A stretch of 64,000 bases of DNA from Phycisphaerales bacterium (lineage in GTDB: Bacteria; Planctomycetota; Phycisphaerae; Phycisphaerales; UBA1924), in the NCBI GenBank assembly GCA_965227775.1, contig OZ245777.1:2720001-2784000 (forward strand), given 5' to 3'. Positions within the stretch are counted from its first letter, which is position 1. Every line of letters begins with the position of its first letter. Shown one piece after another: positions 6,882 through 17,669 of the stretch. Under the pieces are notes generated by a model. It was not told the origin of the DNA, ran no database searches, and worked only from the letters and a program-made list of their open reading frames with translations. Position numbers and translations under genes: made by a program.

Positions 6882-8951
6882 TCAATCGTCATCCGAGTGC
6901 GGGTCATACGCCGCAATGACTTCGGCCTGAACCTGCGGGGGCGTGCGCTCGTCGTGGCTGTAGTCCATGACGTACGTGCCGGCGCCGTGGGTCATGCTCT
7001 TGAGCTCGTTGGCGTAGTTCTGCAGCATGCCAAGCGGAGCGACCGCTCGGACTGTGCAGTTGTCGCCGTCGACCATCGAGTCTTGCACGCGGCCGCGCTT
7101 GGTTGACAGGTCGCCGGTGATGTCGCCCATGTACTGGGCCGGCGCGGTGACTTCCACCACGACGAAGGGCTCGAGCAGCGCGGGCTTGGCCTTGCGACAC
7201 GCGTCGACGAAGGCGCGCTTGCCGGCCTTGAGGAACGCGACTTCCTTCGAATCAACGGCGTGGTACTTGCCGTCGTACACCTCGACCTTGATGTCTTGCA
7301 TCGGATAGCCGGCGATCGCACCCTCGGTCAGGGCCTGGCGGATGCCCTTCTCGATCGCGGGCATGAACTGGCGAGGGATCGAGCCTCCGACGGTAGCGTT
7401 GACGAACTCGAAGTGCTCGCCATGCTCGGCGGCTTCGCCGTTGAGCGGGGCCACGCGCAGGTACACCTCGCCAAACTCACCCGAGCCACCAGACTGCTTC
7501 TTGTGGCGATGGTGGCCCTCGGCGTTGGCGGTCACCGTTTCCTTGTAGGCGATCTTTGGCTGGTGGGTCTCGACCTCAATGCCGTACTGGTTCTTCATGC
7601 GCTCGAGCATGACACGCAGGTGCATCTCGCCTAGGCCGCGGAGCACGGTCTCCTTGGTCGCAGCCACGCGGTCCATGATGAAGCAGGGGTCCTCGGCCTG
7701 CAGCTTGGCCACGGCAGGGCCAAACTTCGACTCGTCCTTGTGGTTGGAAAGCACGACGGCCAGGCCGAACATGGGCTTGGGCAGCGGCAGCGGTCGCAGG
7801 CGGAGATGCTCGTTGGCGTGCGCGTGCACCACGGTGTTGAACTCGATGTCGTCGATCTTGCTGACCGCGACGACATCGCCCGGTCCGGCCTCGGTAACGT
7901 CCACATGGTCCTTGCCCTGCAGGCGGAACAGCGTGTTGACACGGACGGGCTTGCGGCCCTCACCGAAGTAGACCTCGTCCTTGACCTTCAGGGTGCCCTG
8001 GTGGACCTTCATGATGCCCAGTTTGCCAACGAAGGGGTCGCTCGACACCTTGAAGACGTGGGCCAGCAGGGGCTGGCCCTCGTCGGGCGTGGGTTGGAAG
8101 CTCTCGACGAGCTTGCCATCGTCGTCCAGCTTCTCAAATGTACGTGGGTTGGTTTCCAGCGGGCTGGGGCACTGGCTCTCGATGAGGTCGAGGAGGGCAT
8201 CAGCGCCGGCACCGGTCTTGGCGCTAACAAAGCAGATCGGCACCAGGTGTGCCTCACGCAGCGCCTGCTCAAACGCCTCGTGTACGGCCTTGCGATCGAG
8301 CGAGGCAGCGCCGCCCTCGAGGTACTTGGTCATGAGATCGTCTTGCACCTCGACCACCTGCTCGACGATGCTGGTGTGGGCGCTCTCGACGTCGCCGAAG
8401 GCGGTGTCGCCGCTCGTATCTTCGCCCAGAACATCGACCACACCACCGCGGTCGGCGCTCGGCAGGTTCACGGGCACGCACACGTTGCCAAAGGTCTCGC
8501 GGATTTTGCCCACCACGGCTTCCAGATCGGCCTGCGTGTCATCGATCTTGTTGACGATGATCATGCGCGGGATGTTGCGCTGCTTGGCGACGGACATGAT
8601 GCGACGCGTACTGGTCTCGATGCCCTTTGCGGCATCGATCACGACGCCAACGAGGCCCGCTGCCGGCAGGCCGGCGATCGCCTGCCCAAAGAAGTCCGCG
8701 AGGCCGGGCGTGTCCACGAGCGTGACGAGATTGCCGTTGCGCTCGTAGTGGGCCAGACTACTCGACAGGCTGTGACCGTGCTTCTTGGCCTCGTCGGTCC
8801 AGTCGGTGACGGTGTTGCCATCTTCGATTGAGCCCATGCGACTGGTGGCGCCCGACGCGTTGAGCAACCGCTCGATGAGGAGGGTCTTGCCCGCGCCGGC
8901 ATGCCCGGACAGGAGGATGTTGCGGATCGTTGAAGGGTTGCGGACAGCCAT
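6882..8951 (-). CDS. Elongation factor G paralog (EF-G2/FusA2-like)
   Basis: GHAGAGKT, DTPG, NKID, GLGEMHL, HKKQSGGSGEFGEV, DGKYHAVDS; GGAGG RBS before ATG 8951. Confidence 0.9.
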   Translation of the reverse strand: MAVRNPSTIRNILLSGHAGAGKTLLIERLLNASGATSRMGSIEDGNTVTDWTDEAKKHGHSLSSSLAHYERNGNLVTLVDTPGLADFFGQAIAGLPAAGLVGVVIDAAKGIETSTRRIMSVAKQRNIPRMIIVNKIDDTQADLEAVVGKIRETFGNVCVPVNLPSADRGGVVDVLGEDTSGDTAFGDVESAHTSIVEQVVEVQDDLMTKYLEGGAASLDRKAVHEAFEQALREAHLVPICFVSAKTGAGADALLDLIESQCPSPLETNPRTFEKLDDDGKLVESFQPTPDEGQPLLAHVFKVSSDPFVGKLGIMKVHQGTLKVKDEVYFGEGRKPVRVNTLFRLQGKDHVDVTEAGPGDVVAVSKIDDIEFNTVVHAHANEHLRLRPLPLPKPMFGLAVVLSNHKDESKFGPAVAKLQAEDPCFIMDRVAATKETVLRGLGEMHLRVMLERMKNQYGIEVETHQPKIAYKETVTANAEGHHRHKKQSGGSGEFGEVYLRVAPLNGEAAEHGEHFEFVNATVGGSIPRQFMPAIEKGIRQALTEGAIAGYPMQDIKVEVYDGKYHAVDSKEVAFLKAGKRAFVDACRKAKPALLEPFVVVEVTAPAQYMGDITGDLSTKRGRVQDSMVDGDNCTVRAVAPLGMLQNYANELKSMTHGAGTYVMDYSHDERTPPQVQAEVIAAYDPHSDDD

Positions 8952-9312
8952 AGGGGCGCCTCCGTCGGTATGGGCGGAGCCGGGGCTGCACGAAATGGCC
9001 CCGACCGCCGAGCGGGTGAGCGTGGCCTGGCGCTTGAGATCGCGAGCGACCCCGGCCCACGAAACGGCCACGCTCCATCATACAGGTTGGGGCAAGGCGG
9101 CGTTATGACATGGTCAACCCTGTCGCAAGAGGGGGAAACCGAAGCGGCTGTAACGGCGGATGGTCCCTGGAGTAGACCCTCAAGTACCCGCGATGGCGTC
9201 GAATACCCCCGATTGGCGGTATGTTCGTGCCTGCGACAGCCAGGAAGGCCTTGTCGGGGTGCTTGATCCCTGCCCATGCAGCCTGCCCATCTCACTGTTA
9301 GGAGTTTGATAA

Positions 9313-10623
9313 ATGAACCGTGCCCCCCTGACCGTCACCGCGGCCGCACTGTGCACATGCGGGCTGATCGCCCCCTTGACGCTTGCCGACGAGGCCTTGG
9401 CTCCCGACGACGTGCTCATCGAGTTCGTCGCGAACCCCACCGCTGCGGACGTGGCGCTGGTTGAGTCGGTGGGCGGCGTGGTCCACCAGGTCTGGACGGT
9501 CGTCCCGGGCCTCCATGCAACGCTGCCGGCCGGAGCCGCGTCACAACTGCTTGCCCTCGACGGGCGCGTGGTCGGCATCGAGCCGAACGGCATCGGCTCG
9601 TACACCAGCGAGTACGACGACGTGTGGGGCGTGCGACGCATCGGCTGCGAGCCCACGCACATGGGCGGCGAGCGCGGCACCGGCGTCGCCGTGGGCGTGA
9701 TGGACTCTGGCCTGCGCGCAACGCATGAGGACATCGCCGACAACTTCGTGTTCGGCTTCGACTTCGAGACCATGTCCAGCGACTTCAGCGACCCATTCAG
9801 CCACGGCACGCACGTGAGCGGTACGGTGGCGGCCGTCGCCAACGGCAGCGACATCATCGGCGTGGCACCGGAAGCCGACCTGTACATGCTCAAGGTTGGC
9901 ACGTTCTTCCCGTCGTCCTCCGGCGCGATCAACGCGCTGCAGTGGGCGCTGGATAACGGCATTCAGGTCACCAACAGCAGCTTCAGTGTGCCCGACTCTT
10001 CGCTGCTGCGTCAGGCGTACGACAACACGTGGGACGCTGGTGTCATCCACTTCGCCGCGTCGGGCAACGGCGGCGGCGCTCCCATCGGCGTGCCTGCCCG
10101 CTACGACAGCGTGGTGGCCGTTGGTGCTACCAATGATCGTGACCGCCGGGCGAGCTTCTCGCAGGGTGGAACCAACCTCGAGTTGGTCGCTCCCGGTGTG
10201 AACGTGTACTCGACGACCTCGAACTCTGATACCAGCTACGACAACTTCGACGGCACCTCAATGGCGTCGCCCCACGCGGCAGGCGTCGCGGCGCTCATCA
10301 TCGGAGCGGGCATCCAGGACACGAACGGCAATGGCCGCGTCAACGACGAGGTCCGCCAACTCATGATCGACACGGCCATCGACCTGGGTGCTCCGGGCTG
10401 GGACGGCGACTTTGGCCACGGCCTGGTCAACGCCGAGGCAGCCCTCGACGTGGGCGGCTGTATCCCCGACTTTGATGGCGACGGCGAGCTCACCATCTTC
10501 GACTTCCTGGCGTTCCAGTCTGCGTTCGCGACTGGTGATACCAAGGCCGACGTAAACGGCGACGGCATCCTGAACATTTTCGACTTCCTGGAGTTCCAGA
10601 ACCTGTTCGTCACCGGCTGCTGA
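9313..10623 (+). CDS. Secreted S8 subtilisin-like protease with C-terminal GC-type dockerin-like domain
   Basis: Signal peptide; triad motifs MDSG, HGTHVSG, GTSMASPH; tail C..DFDGDGELTIFDFLAFQ...DVNGDG.LNIFDFLEFQN.F..GC. Confidence 0.92.
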   Translation: MNRAPLTVTAAALCTCGLIAPLTLADEALAPDDVLIEFVANPTAADVALVESVGGVVHQVWTVVPGLHATLPAGAASQLLALDGRVVGIEPNGIGSYTSEYDDVWGVRRIGCEPTHMGGERGTGVAVGVMDSGLRATHEDIADNFVFGFDFETMSSDFSDPFSHGTHVSGTVAAVANGSDIIGVAPEADLYMLKVGTFFPSSSGAINALQWALDNGIQVTNSSFSVPDSSLLRQAYDNTWDAGVIHFAASGNGGGAPIGVPARYDSVVAVGATNDRDRRASFSQGGTNLELVAPGVNVYSTTSNSDTSYDNFDGTSMASPHAAGVAALIIGAGIQDTNGNGRVNDEVRQLMIDTAIDLGAPGWDGDFGHGLVNAEAALDVGGCIPDFDGDGELTIFDFLAFQSAFATGDTKADVNGDGILNIFDFLEFQNLFVTGC

Positions 10624-10659
10624 CGCCACGTTTGGGGCGCGTCGCTAGCATCGGCAACG

Positions 10660-12366
10660 ATGAGCGACACCTCCAGCCAGCCAACACCCTCCGAGCACAC
10701 GATCACGCGGTTCGCGCCCTCTCCCACCGGCCACTTGCACGTGGGGGGAGCACGAACCGCGTTGTTTTGTTGGGCCTTCGCGAAGGGCCGCGACGGTACC
10801 TTCCTGCTTCGCGTCGAGGACACCGACCAGAAGCGTTCGAGCGAGGCAGCGGTTGCGGGCATCCTCGAAGACCTCGCCTGGCTGGGCATCGACTGGCACG
10901 AAGGGCCCGAGCATGCCGCTGCCGAGAAGATGCTGGGCGGCGATCCGCGGGGCGTGGGCCCTTTCTTTCAAGCCGATCGGGTGGACACGTACAACATGGC
11001 CCTGGCCAGACTGCTCGAGAGCGGGCGTGCGTACCCCGCCTTCGAGACGGCCGAGGAACTGGAAGCCAAACGAAAGGCCGCGCAGGACGCCAACGAGACG
11101 TATCGCTACGACCGCGCGGCACTCGAGCTTCCCGAGGCCGAGCGCATGAGCCGCATGATGGCAGGCGAGACGCATGTCGTTCGGTTCAAGGTGCCCGATC
11201 ACGACGTGGTGGTGGCCGACTCGGTGCTGGGCGAGGTCCGCTTTGCCCAAGGCGAGCTGGACGACTTCGTCATCCGCAAAGCCGATGGCTTCCCGACCTA
11301 CCACTTTGCAGTCGTGGTCGACGACGAGGCCATGGGCGTTAGCCACATCCTGCGCGGTCAGGAGCATCTGCAAAACACGCCCAGGCACGTGGCGCTGCAG
11401 CAGGCGCTGGGCTATCGCACGCCGGCGTATGCGCACCTGCCGCTGATCTTCAACCCCGACAACAGCAAGATGAGCAAGCGCGACAAGGACAAGGCCGTCC
11501 GAGCATTCTGCAAGGAGCAGAAGATCAACGCCGTGCCAAGTGGAACGCTCGATGACGCCGTCTTCAAGTCGTGGATGGGCGATAAGCGGGCGCAGCTGCC
11601 GACTGATGATCTGATGCGGCTGGCGTCCGCCATCGGCTTCACGCCGCCAGAGATCGACGTCGAAGACTTCCGTCGCAGCGGATACCTGCCGCATGTGCTG
11701 TGCAACTACCTGGCACTCCTCGGGTGGAATCCAGGCGAGAAGAACGAGGACGGCACGGACGTCGAGTGTCTCTCGATGGACTACCTCGTCGAGAAGTTCG
11801 ACCTGCACCGCATCGGCAAGAGCGCGAGCAAGTTCGACCGCGAGAAGCTCATGGCGTTCAACGCCGACGAGATCCAGAACCGCATGAGCGACGAGCAGTT
11901 CGCGGGCGAGTGGCGGACGTGGCTGGAGCGGTACGACCAGGCGACGCTCGAAGCGTTGGGCGACAAGCTGCCGAAGGCGGCCGCAGCTGCTCGGCAACGC
12001 ACACGCGTGCTGCGAGACGCTGCGATCGTGGTCGCGTTCGCGCTTCGGGATGACTTCGCGTACGACGAGAAAGCCGTCACCAAAGTGCTGCTCAAGAACG
12101 ATGGCGAAGGGCTCGCGGTACTGCGGGAGCTGGCACCGGTGCTGGAAGGCGTTGATTCGTTCGAGGCCGACGCAATCGAGGCAGCGATCAAGCAATGGTG
12201 CGAGGCCAAGGGCCTGGGTATGGGCAAGGCCGCCCAGCCGCTGCGCGTCGCGATGACCGGCGGAACGATCAGTCCTGGCCTGGGACAGACGCTGGAACTG
12301 GTAGGCAAGGCCAACGCGTTCGCCCGCATCGAGCGCTGCGTGTCGGCCCATGCGGTCAGCAGCTAA
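10660..12366 (+). CDS. gltX: Glutamate--tRNA ligase
   Basis: RFAPSPTGHLHVGG, LRVEDTD, PTYHFAVVVDD, RGQEH, KMSKR; anticodon-domain PLRVAMTG. Confidence 0.93.
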   Translation: MSDTSSQPTPSEHTITRFAPSPTGHLHVGGARTALFCWAFAKGRDGTFLLRVEDTDQKRSSEAAVAGILEDLAWLGIDWHEGPEHAAAEKMLGGDPRGVGPFFQADRVDTYNMALARLLESGRAYPAFETAEELEAKRKAAQDANETYRYDRAALELPEAERMSRMMAGETHVVRFKVPDHDVVVADSVLGEVRFAQGELDDFVIRKADGFPTYHFAVVVDDEAMGVSHILRGQEHLQNTPRHVALQQALGYRTPAYAHLPLIFNPDNSKMSKRDKDKAVRAFCKEQKINAVPSGTLDDAVFKSWMGDKRAQLPTDDLMRLASAIGFTPPEIDVEDFRRSGYLPHVLCNYLALLGWNPGEKNEDGTDVECLSMDYLVEKFDLHRIGKSASKFDREKLMAFNADEIQNRMSDEQFAGEWRTWLERYDQATLEALGDKLPKAAAAARQRTRVLRDAAIVVAFALRDDFAYDEKAVTKVLLKNDGEGLAVLRELAPVLEGVDSFEADAIEAAIKQWCEAKGLGMGKAAQPLRVAMTGGTISPGLGQTLELVGKANAFARIERCVSAHAVSS

Positions 12367-12382
12367 GAAGAGGGGCGTGGGG

Positions 12383-12676
12383 ATGGCCGAGCGGTTCATG
12401 ACACTGCATCCGCAGGGCAAGGCGGGCGTGAACATCGAGAAGCCCAAGTACGACGAGATGCGTCGGGCGCTGCTGAAGGTCATCCCCAAGAGCGGCGACG
12501 GCGTGCTCTTCGGCGACCTTGGCGACCTGGTCGTCGGAGAATTGAACAAGGACGCCTACCCCAAGGGGGCAAGCGTCCTCTGGTACGTCACGACCGTCAA
12601 GCAGGACCTCGAGGCGCGCGGCCTGATCGAGCAAGTACCCAAGGCCAAGCCGCAGCGGCTGCGCCGCGTGAAGTGA
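12383..12676 (+). CDS. Small conserved hypothetical protein
   Basis: Clean ORF directly after gltX with GAGGGG upstream; LHPQGKAGVNI...WYVTTVKQDLEARG. Confidence 0.7.
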   Translation: MAERFMTLHPQGKAGVNIEKPKYDEMRRALLKVIPKSGDGVLFGDLGDLVVGELNKDAYPKGASVLWYVTTVKQDLEARGLIEQVPKAKPQRLRRVK

Positions 12677-12685
12677 GGTCGAGGC

Positions 12686-13315
12686 TCAGCCCTTCACGAT
12701 TCCCTGCGCCTCCAGGAAGCTCAGCACCTCCTGCACGCACTCGTCGATCGAGCGGCCAGCGGTCTTCAGGACCAGCTCGGCCTTCGGGGGGGCCTCGTAC
12801 GGGTCATCGATGCCGGTGAAGCCCTTGATCTCGCCCGCGCGTGCCTTCTTGTAGAGGCCCTTGGGATCGCGCTTCTCGCACTCTTCGAGCGGCGTGTCGA
12901 CGAATACTTCGAGGAAGGGCAGCTTGGCCTCGTCGTGCATGGCCCGGCAGAGATCACGATCGCGCACGTACGGGCTGATGAAGCTGGTCAGGCTGACTAC
13001 GCCGGCGTCGGCGAAGAGCTTGCTGACCTCGCCGATGCGGCGGATGTTCTCGGTGCGGTCCTCGGCGCTGAAGCCAAGGTTCTTGTTCAGGCCGTGGCGG
13101 ACATTGTCACCGTCAAGGCGGTAGCTGTTCACGCCGCGCTTCACGAGCACCTGCTCGACAGCGCTGGCGATCGTGCTCTTACCCGAGCCGCTCAGGCCCG
13201 TGAACCAGACCGTGGCGCCCTTGGCCTTCAAAGAGCCCCAGCGTTCGTCGCGGCTGAGGTCGCCCTCGTGCCAATGGATGTTCGTCGCCTTGACCTGATC
13301 GGTGGTCTGGGTCAT
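12686..13315 (-). CDS. cysC: Adenylyl-sulfate kinase
   Basis: [57 protein letters not shown]. Confidence 0.96.
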   Translation of the reverse strand: MTQTTDQVKATNIHWHEGDLSRDERWGSLKAKGATVWFTGLSGSGKSTIASAVEQVLVKRGVNSYRLDGDNVRHGLNKNLGFSAEDRTENIRRIGEVSKLFADAGVVSLTSFISPYVRDRDLCRAMHDEAKLPFLEVFVDTPLEECEKRDPKGLYKKARAGEIKGFTGIDDPYEAPPKAELVLKTAGRSIDECVQEVLSFLEAQGIVKG

Positions 13316-13420
13316 TCCGCCTCCTGTTTGGTTTCTGCTGGGGCCAACATCGCTCGATGGGCCCGCCAGCGAGAAGGATGGTAGACGGCCTACCTCTCGG
13401 GAACCGATAGCGTTGCGGCA

Positions 13421-14623
13421 ATGACCGAGCCGAAGCCCGCAGACCACCAACCGGAAAACACGACGATCCGTGTGTGTTTCCAGCAGCCCGCGCTCCCGGC
13501 GTATCGCGTGCCGGTGTTCGCCGAACTCGCACGACGGCCAGGCATCTCGGTAGAAGTCCTGTTCAGCTCGCGGGCAAAGCTGCCCAACGTGGCGGCCGAA
13601 GGCTTCGAGGCTCGGCAGGTTCGCGAACGAAGACTGCTGGCGTGGCCCCGAGAAGTTCGGTGGGTTTCCGCGCAGTTCGAAGCCGTTGATCCGCAGCGCG
13701 CCGACGTCGCCGTGCTCGAGCACAACTCGGGCGTCCCGAGCCTGGTGCCAGCTATCCGCCGAGCCAAAAAGAACGGCGTGGGCGTCGTCGTCTGGGGACA
13801 CGGCTACTCCGTTCGAGACAACAAGGCATCACGCGCGCTCCGCAACTGGATCGGGCGCCAAGCCGACGCGGTCGTGCTCTACGACCAGCACGCGCGCGAA
13901 CGGATGATCGAAGAGGGATTCCCGGCCGACCGCCTCTTCGTCGCGGCGAATGCACTCGATCAAACACCGATCCAGCAGGCTCGCGAGCGTTGGCTCGCAG
14001 ACGAAGCCGCGCTCGCCGCGTTTAGGCGCGAGCACGGGCTGGATCGCGGGCCGGTCATCCTCTTCGTGTCGCGGTTGATCGAGTCAAATCGAACTGACCT
14101 GCTACTGCATGCCGCCGCTCGATTGACGGACACACATCCCGACCTTGTCGTCGCCATCGTGGGCGACGGCCCGACGCGCGAGCATCTGCAAGAACTCGCC
14201 GCGCGCCTTGGGCTGCAGGATCGTGTCCGGATGCCGGGAGCCGTTTACGGCGAGGACGGGCTGGCGCCGTGGTTCTTGAGCGCACACGCGTTCTGCTATC
14301 CGGCGTTCATGGGCCTGAGCGCACTGCACGCCATGGGCTATGGCCTGCCGGTCGTCACCGATCGAGACATGGACCGCCACGGTCCCGAGGCCAGGGCGGT
14401 CGTGGATGGCAAGACTGGTGTATTGGTCGACCTCGGTGAACCGGGCTCGCTGGCCGAGGCGATCTCGAGACTGCTCAGCGAGCCAGATCTCGCGGCCGAG
14501 ATGGGCGAGGCGGGCCGGAACAAGGTGCTAGCCGAGCACAGCATCTACAGCATGGTGGACGGGCACGAGGCTGCGATCCGCTTCGCGCTCGCAGAGGCCC
14601 GTTCACGCCGAAAATCCCGCTGA
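13421..14623 (+). CDS. GT4-family glycosyltransferase
   Basis: [42 protein letters not shown]. Confidence 0.88.
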   Translation: MTEPKPADHQPENTTIRVCFQQPALPAYRVPVFAELARRPGISVEVLFSSRAKLPNVAAEGFEARQVRERRLLAWPREVRWVSAQFEAVDPQRADVAVLEHNSGVPSLVPAIRRAKKNGVGVVVWGHGYSVRDNKASRALRNWIGRQADAVVLYDQHARERMIEEGFPADRLFVAANALDQTPIQQARERWLADEAALAAFRREHGLDRGPVILFVSRLIESNRTDLLLHAAARLTDTHPDLVVAIVGDGPTREHLQELAARLGLQDRVRMPGAVYGEDGLAPWFLSAHAFCYPAFMGLSALHAMGYGLPVVTDRDMDRHGPEARAVVDGKTGVLVDLGEPGSLAEAISRLLSEPDLAAEMGEAGRNKVLAEHSIYSMVDGHEAAIRFALAEARSRRKSR

Positions 14624-14752
14624 TCTCGGGCCTGCACCACCCGAACGGTTTGCTCCCAACGGACATCTGACATAACATCCCCTTCCCCGGAATGGCCGCT
14701 CGCTGAGCCCCCTGGCCACGCCGGAACCTGAGCCAATTCCAAGGAGGATGCG

Positions 14753-15958
14753 ATGCCGGCGACGATGGCCCCCGAGACCACGAAGAAGTCCTTGATCGAG
14801 CCCCACGGCGGCACCCTGGTAAACCAGGTGGCCGAAGGCGCCCGCCGCGAAGAGCTGATCAAGGAAGCCGAGGGTCTCACCCGCATCGACCTCTCGATGA
14901 AGCAGTCGTGCGATGTCGAAGTGATCGGCACCGGCGCCTTCAGCCCGCTCACCGGCTTCATGGGCTCGGCCGACGTCAAGGGCGTCATCGAGGACATGCG
15001 CCTGGCGAGCGGAACCCGCTGGCCCATCCCAATCACCCTGAGCGTCGATGGCTCCAAGGCCCCCAAGCAGGGCGAGCGCGTCGCGCTCTTCGCACCCAAC
15101 GGCACGCTCCAAGCGGTGATGACTGTCGAGGAGGTTTTCGCGCACGACCATGACGCCGAGGCGACGATCTTCTTCAACAACGCCGGCGACGACGACGGCC
15201 AGCACCCCGGCGCCGAGGCCGTCAAGAAAGAGGGCGATACGTGCCTGGCCGGCCCGATCGAGGTCGTCACCGTGTGCGTCGATCCCGACGGCCCCGAGGC
15301 GTTCCTCGACAAGCGGCTGACGCCTGCGCAAACGCGCGCCGCGTTCGAGGCCAAGGGCTGGGGCACCGTCAGCGCCTTCCAGACGCGTAACCCGATCCAC
15401 CGGGCCCACGAGTACCTGTGCAAGTGCGCCCAGGAGATCACCGACGGACTGCTCATCCATCCGCTGGTGGGCGAGACCAAGCCCGGTGACATCCCCGCCG
15501 ACGTGCGCATGGAGTGCTACGAGGTCCTTGTGGACGAGTACTTCAACAAGGAGCGCACGATGATCACGGTCATGCCCGCGGCCATGCGGTACGCCGGCCC
15601 GCGTGAGGCCATCCTGCACGCCATCGTCCGCCAGAACTATGGCTGCTCGCACTTCATTGTCGGCCGCGACCACGCGGGCGTGGGCAGCTACTACGGCACC
15701 TACGACGCCCAGGAGATCTTCGACCGATTCGATGAGGGCGACCTGAAGATCACCCGCCTGAACTTTGAGCACGCCGCGTGGAGCCATAAGGCCCAGGGCA
15801 TGGTGAGCGGCAAGACCTTCCCCAAGCTCGAGGGCGACCAGGTGTTCTTGAGCGGCACCAAGGTGCGCGAGATGCTCGCCGCCGGACAGCGCCCTCCGCA
15901 GGAGTTCAGCCGTCCCGAAGTGGCCGACGTGCTGATCAAGTGGGCGACGAAGAAGTAA
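14753..15958 (+). CDS. sat: Sulfate adenylyltransferase
   Basis: PHGGTL, FSPLTGFM, FQTRNPIHRAHEY, MRYAGPREA, HFIVGRDHAGVG, LSGTKVR. Confidence 0.96.
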   Translation: MPATMAPETTKKSLIEPHGGTLVNQVAEGARREELIKEAEGLTRIDLSMKQSCDVEVIGTGAFSPLTGFMGSADVKGVIEDMRLASGTRWPIPITLSVDGSKAPKQGERVALFAPNGTLQAVMTVEEVFAHDHDAEATIFFNNAGDDDGQHPGAEAVKKEGDTCLAGPIEVVTVCVDPDGPEAFLDKRLTPAQTRAAFEAKGWGTVSAFQTRNPIHRAHEYLCKCAQEITDGLLIHPLVGETKPGDIPADVRMECYEVLVDEYFNKERTMITVMPAAMRYAGPREAILHAIVRQNYGCSHFIVGRDHAGVGSYYGTYDAQEIFDRFDEGDLKITRLNFEHAAWSHKAQGMVSGKTFPKLEGDQVFLSGTKVREMLAAGQRPPQEFSRPEVADVLIKWATKK

Positions 15959-15981
15959 CTCGCCTCACATCTTGAACAAGC

Positions 15982-16014
15982 GAAACCCGGGCGCACGCCC
16001 GGGTTTCATGTTTA
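15982..16014. terminator. Intrinsic terminator between convergent genes
   Basis: GAAACCCGGGC-gcac-GCCCGGGTTTC followed by a T-rich tract. Confidence 0.75.
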
Positions 16015-16039
16015 TTCAGTGAATGCGTGTGAGACTGCG

Positions 16040-17638
16040 TCACGCCCGACTGGTTTGTTCATTCCCAGACGCTGGCGCGAATGCCGGCAGCAGCACCTCA
16101 AACTCAGCGCCTTGGCCCGATTCTCGATTCCGCGCGATCAGCACGCCACCGTGCTCGCGGACGATGCCGTCGGCGACGGCCAGACCAAGGCCGGTGCCCT
16201 TGGCGTCCAGCCGCGAGCTCACGAACGGCTCGAACAGCGTTGCCAGCAGTTCGGGGCGGATGCCCGGGCCGTTGTCGGCGATGGTTATGCTCACCCAGTT
16301 GGAGCCCTCGCGCTCGAGTGGCTCGGCGGCGATGCGCACCACAGGATCCGACGCTTCGCTCTCAACGAGCGCTTCCGCCGCGTTGCGCACCAGGTTGACC
16401 AGCACCTGCACGAGCCTGTCACCATCGCATGGGACGGCGAGCGAGTCGGGCACGTGCACCTCGACCGACACACGCCGCACGGAATCGTCCAGGCTCAGGA
16501 GCTCCAGCGCTTGGCGTGCAAGGCCGGCGACCTCGACCCGCGAGACACGAGGCGAGCGCACGCGCGCGAAGTCGAGCAAGCCGTCGCCCAAGCGCTCGAG
16601 GCGATCGACCACTCGCCCCATCAACCGGGCCTTGCGCTCGTCCACAGGCTGGCCGGGCTTGGCGTTCAGCTCGCTCACGAGCCCCTTCAGCACCGCGAGC
16701 GGCGTGTTGATCTCGTGCGCAACGCCCGCACTCAGCATGCCCAGAGAAGCGAGCCTGTCCGCGTCGGCGAGGTTCCGTCGCGCGTTCTCCAGAAGGTGGT
16801 TCTTGCGCTTCAGGTCCCCTGCCACGCGCTCAAGCTCTGCGAGCGTGCGCGCGAGCTCTGATTCGTTGCGTCGCAAGGCCGCGATCGATCGATTCCGGCT
16901 ACGCATGATCTCGCCCAGCTCGTCCTGGGGCATGAACCTGGGATCGATCAGCTCGCCGCCACGGACTCCCTGCTGCACCGCCAGGTCGGCGCGCAGCATC
17001 CGGCGAATGGGCTGGTACACGTGCCGCGGCAGCACGAAGATCTCCAGCGCGGCGGCAATGAGCAGATACACGCCCAACATGCTCAGCAGCAACACGACGT
17101 CGAGCCGCTTCACCGAAGCACGCACGCCTTGAAGCCGGCGGTCAACCACGAAGTAGCCGCCCCCAGCCGCATGCGGGCGGTACACCCCGGCCGACCCGAG
17201 GCCCAGGCCATCGCCCGCGCCGTGCGCGAGCGGCACCGGAGCGGTCGCAGCCCGCTGCAAGCTGGCGACGGCGTCCGAGTCGAGTCCCAGCGAATCGGCC
17301 TGGCCCCACCGCAGCGTGATGCCCGGCCCAACGGCGCGTTCGCCGTTAGGCCGGTCCTCGGTCAGCTCCCGCAGGTCGAGCGTTCCCAGCACGTAGGCGG
17401 CATCCTCGGCCTCGGCCTGGCGCACGAGGTCGCCGATGGCCGGCCGTAGGATGAAGAACATCAGCGCCGCCAGCCCCGCCGAGAACACCGTGTGCAGCAG
17501 GATGAGCTTTTTGCGGATGCGCATTGTGCCGAGCAGCTTCTTGGGGGCTCGGCGCAATCGCTCCGAAGGCGAGTCCGGCGTCGCCGCGATCGCGGCGGAG
17601 GTGGCTGACGGGTCGCTCTTTGCCGGCGGTTCCTGCAC
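16040..17638 (-). CDS. Membrane sensor histidine kinase (NtrB-like)
   Basis: Two TM segments, HAMP-like linker, AGVAHEINTPL, QVLVNLVRNA, DNGPG, GTGLGL; start chosen at the GTG preceded by TACGAT-N6. Confidence 0.88.
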   Translation of the reverse strand: MQEPPAKSDPSATSAAIAATPDSPSERLRRAPKKLLGTMRIRKKLILLHTVFSAGLAALMFFILRPAIGDLVRQAEAEDAAYVLGTLDLRELTEDRPNGERAVGPGITLRWGQADSLGLDSDAVASLQRAATAPVPLAHGAGDGLGLGSAGVYRPHAAGGGYFVVDRRLQGVRASVKRLDVVLLLSMLGVYLLIAAALEIFVLPRHVYQPIRRMLRADLAVQQGVRGGELIDPRFMPQDELGEIMRSRNRSIAALRRNESELARTLAELERVAGDLKRKNHLLENARRNLADADRLASLGMLSAGVAHEINTPLAVLKGLVSELNAKPGQPVDERKARLMGRVVDRLERLGDGLLDFARVRSPRVSRVEVAGLARQALELLSLDDSVRRVSVEVHVPDSLAVPCDGDRLVQVLVNLVRNAAEALVESEASDPVVRIAAEPLEREGSNWVSITIADNGPGIRPELLATLFEPFVSSRLDAKGTGLGLAVADGIVREHGGVLIARNRESGQGAEFEVLLPAFAPASGNEQTSRA

Positions 17639-17669
17639 GACGGCATCGTACGCGTCCCTATCATCTCCC

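Noticed and set aside
9080..9310. Possible structured RNA (SRP-like GGAA hairpin) in the intergenic region
   Set aside because: The conserved SRP helix-8 context is missing; only a weak hairpin
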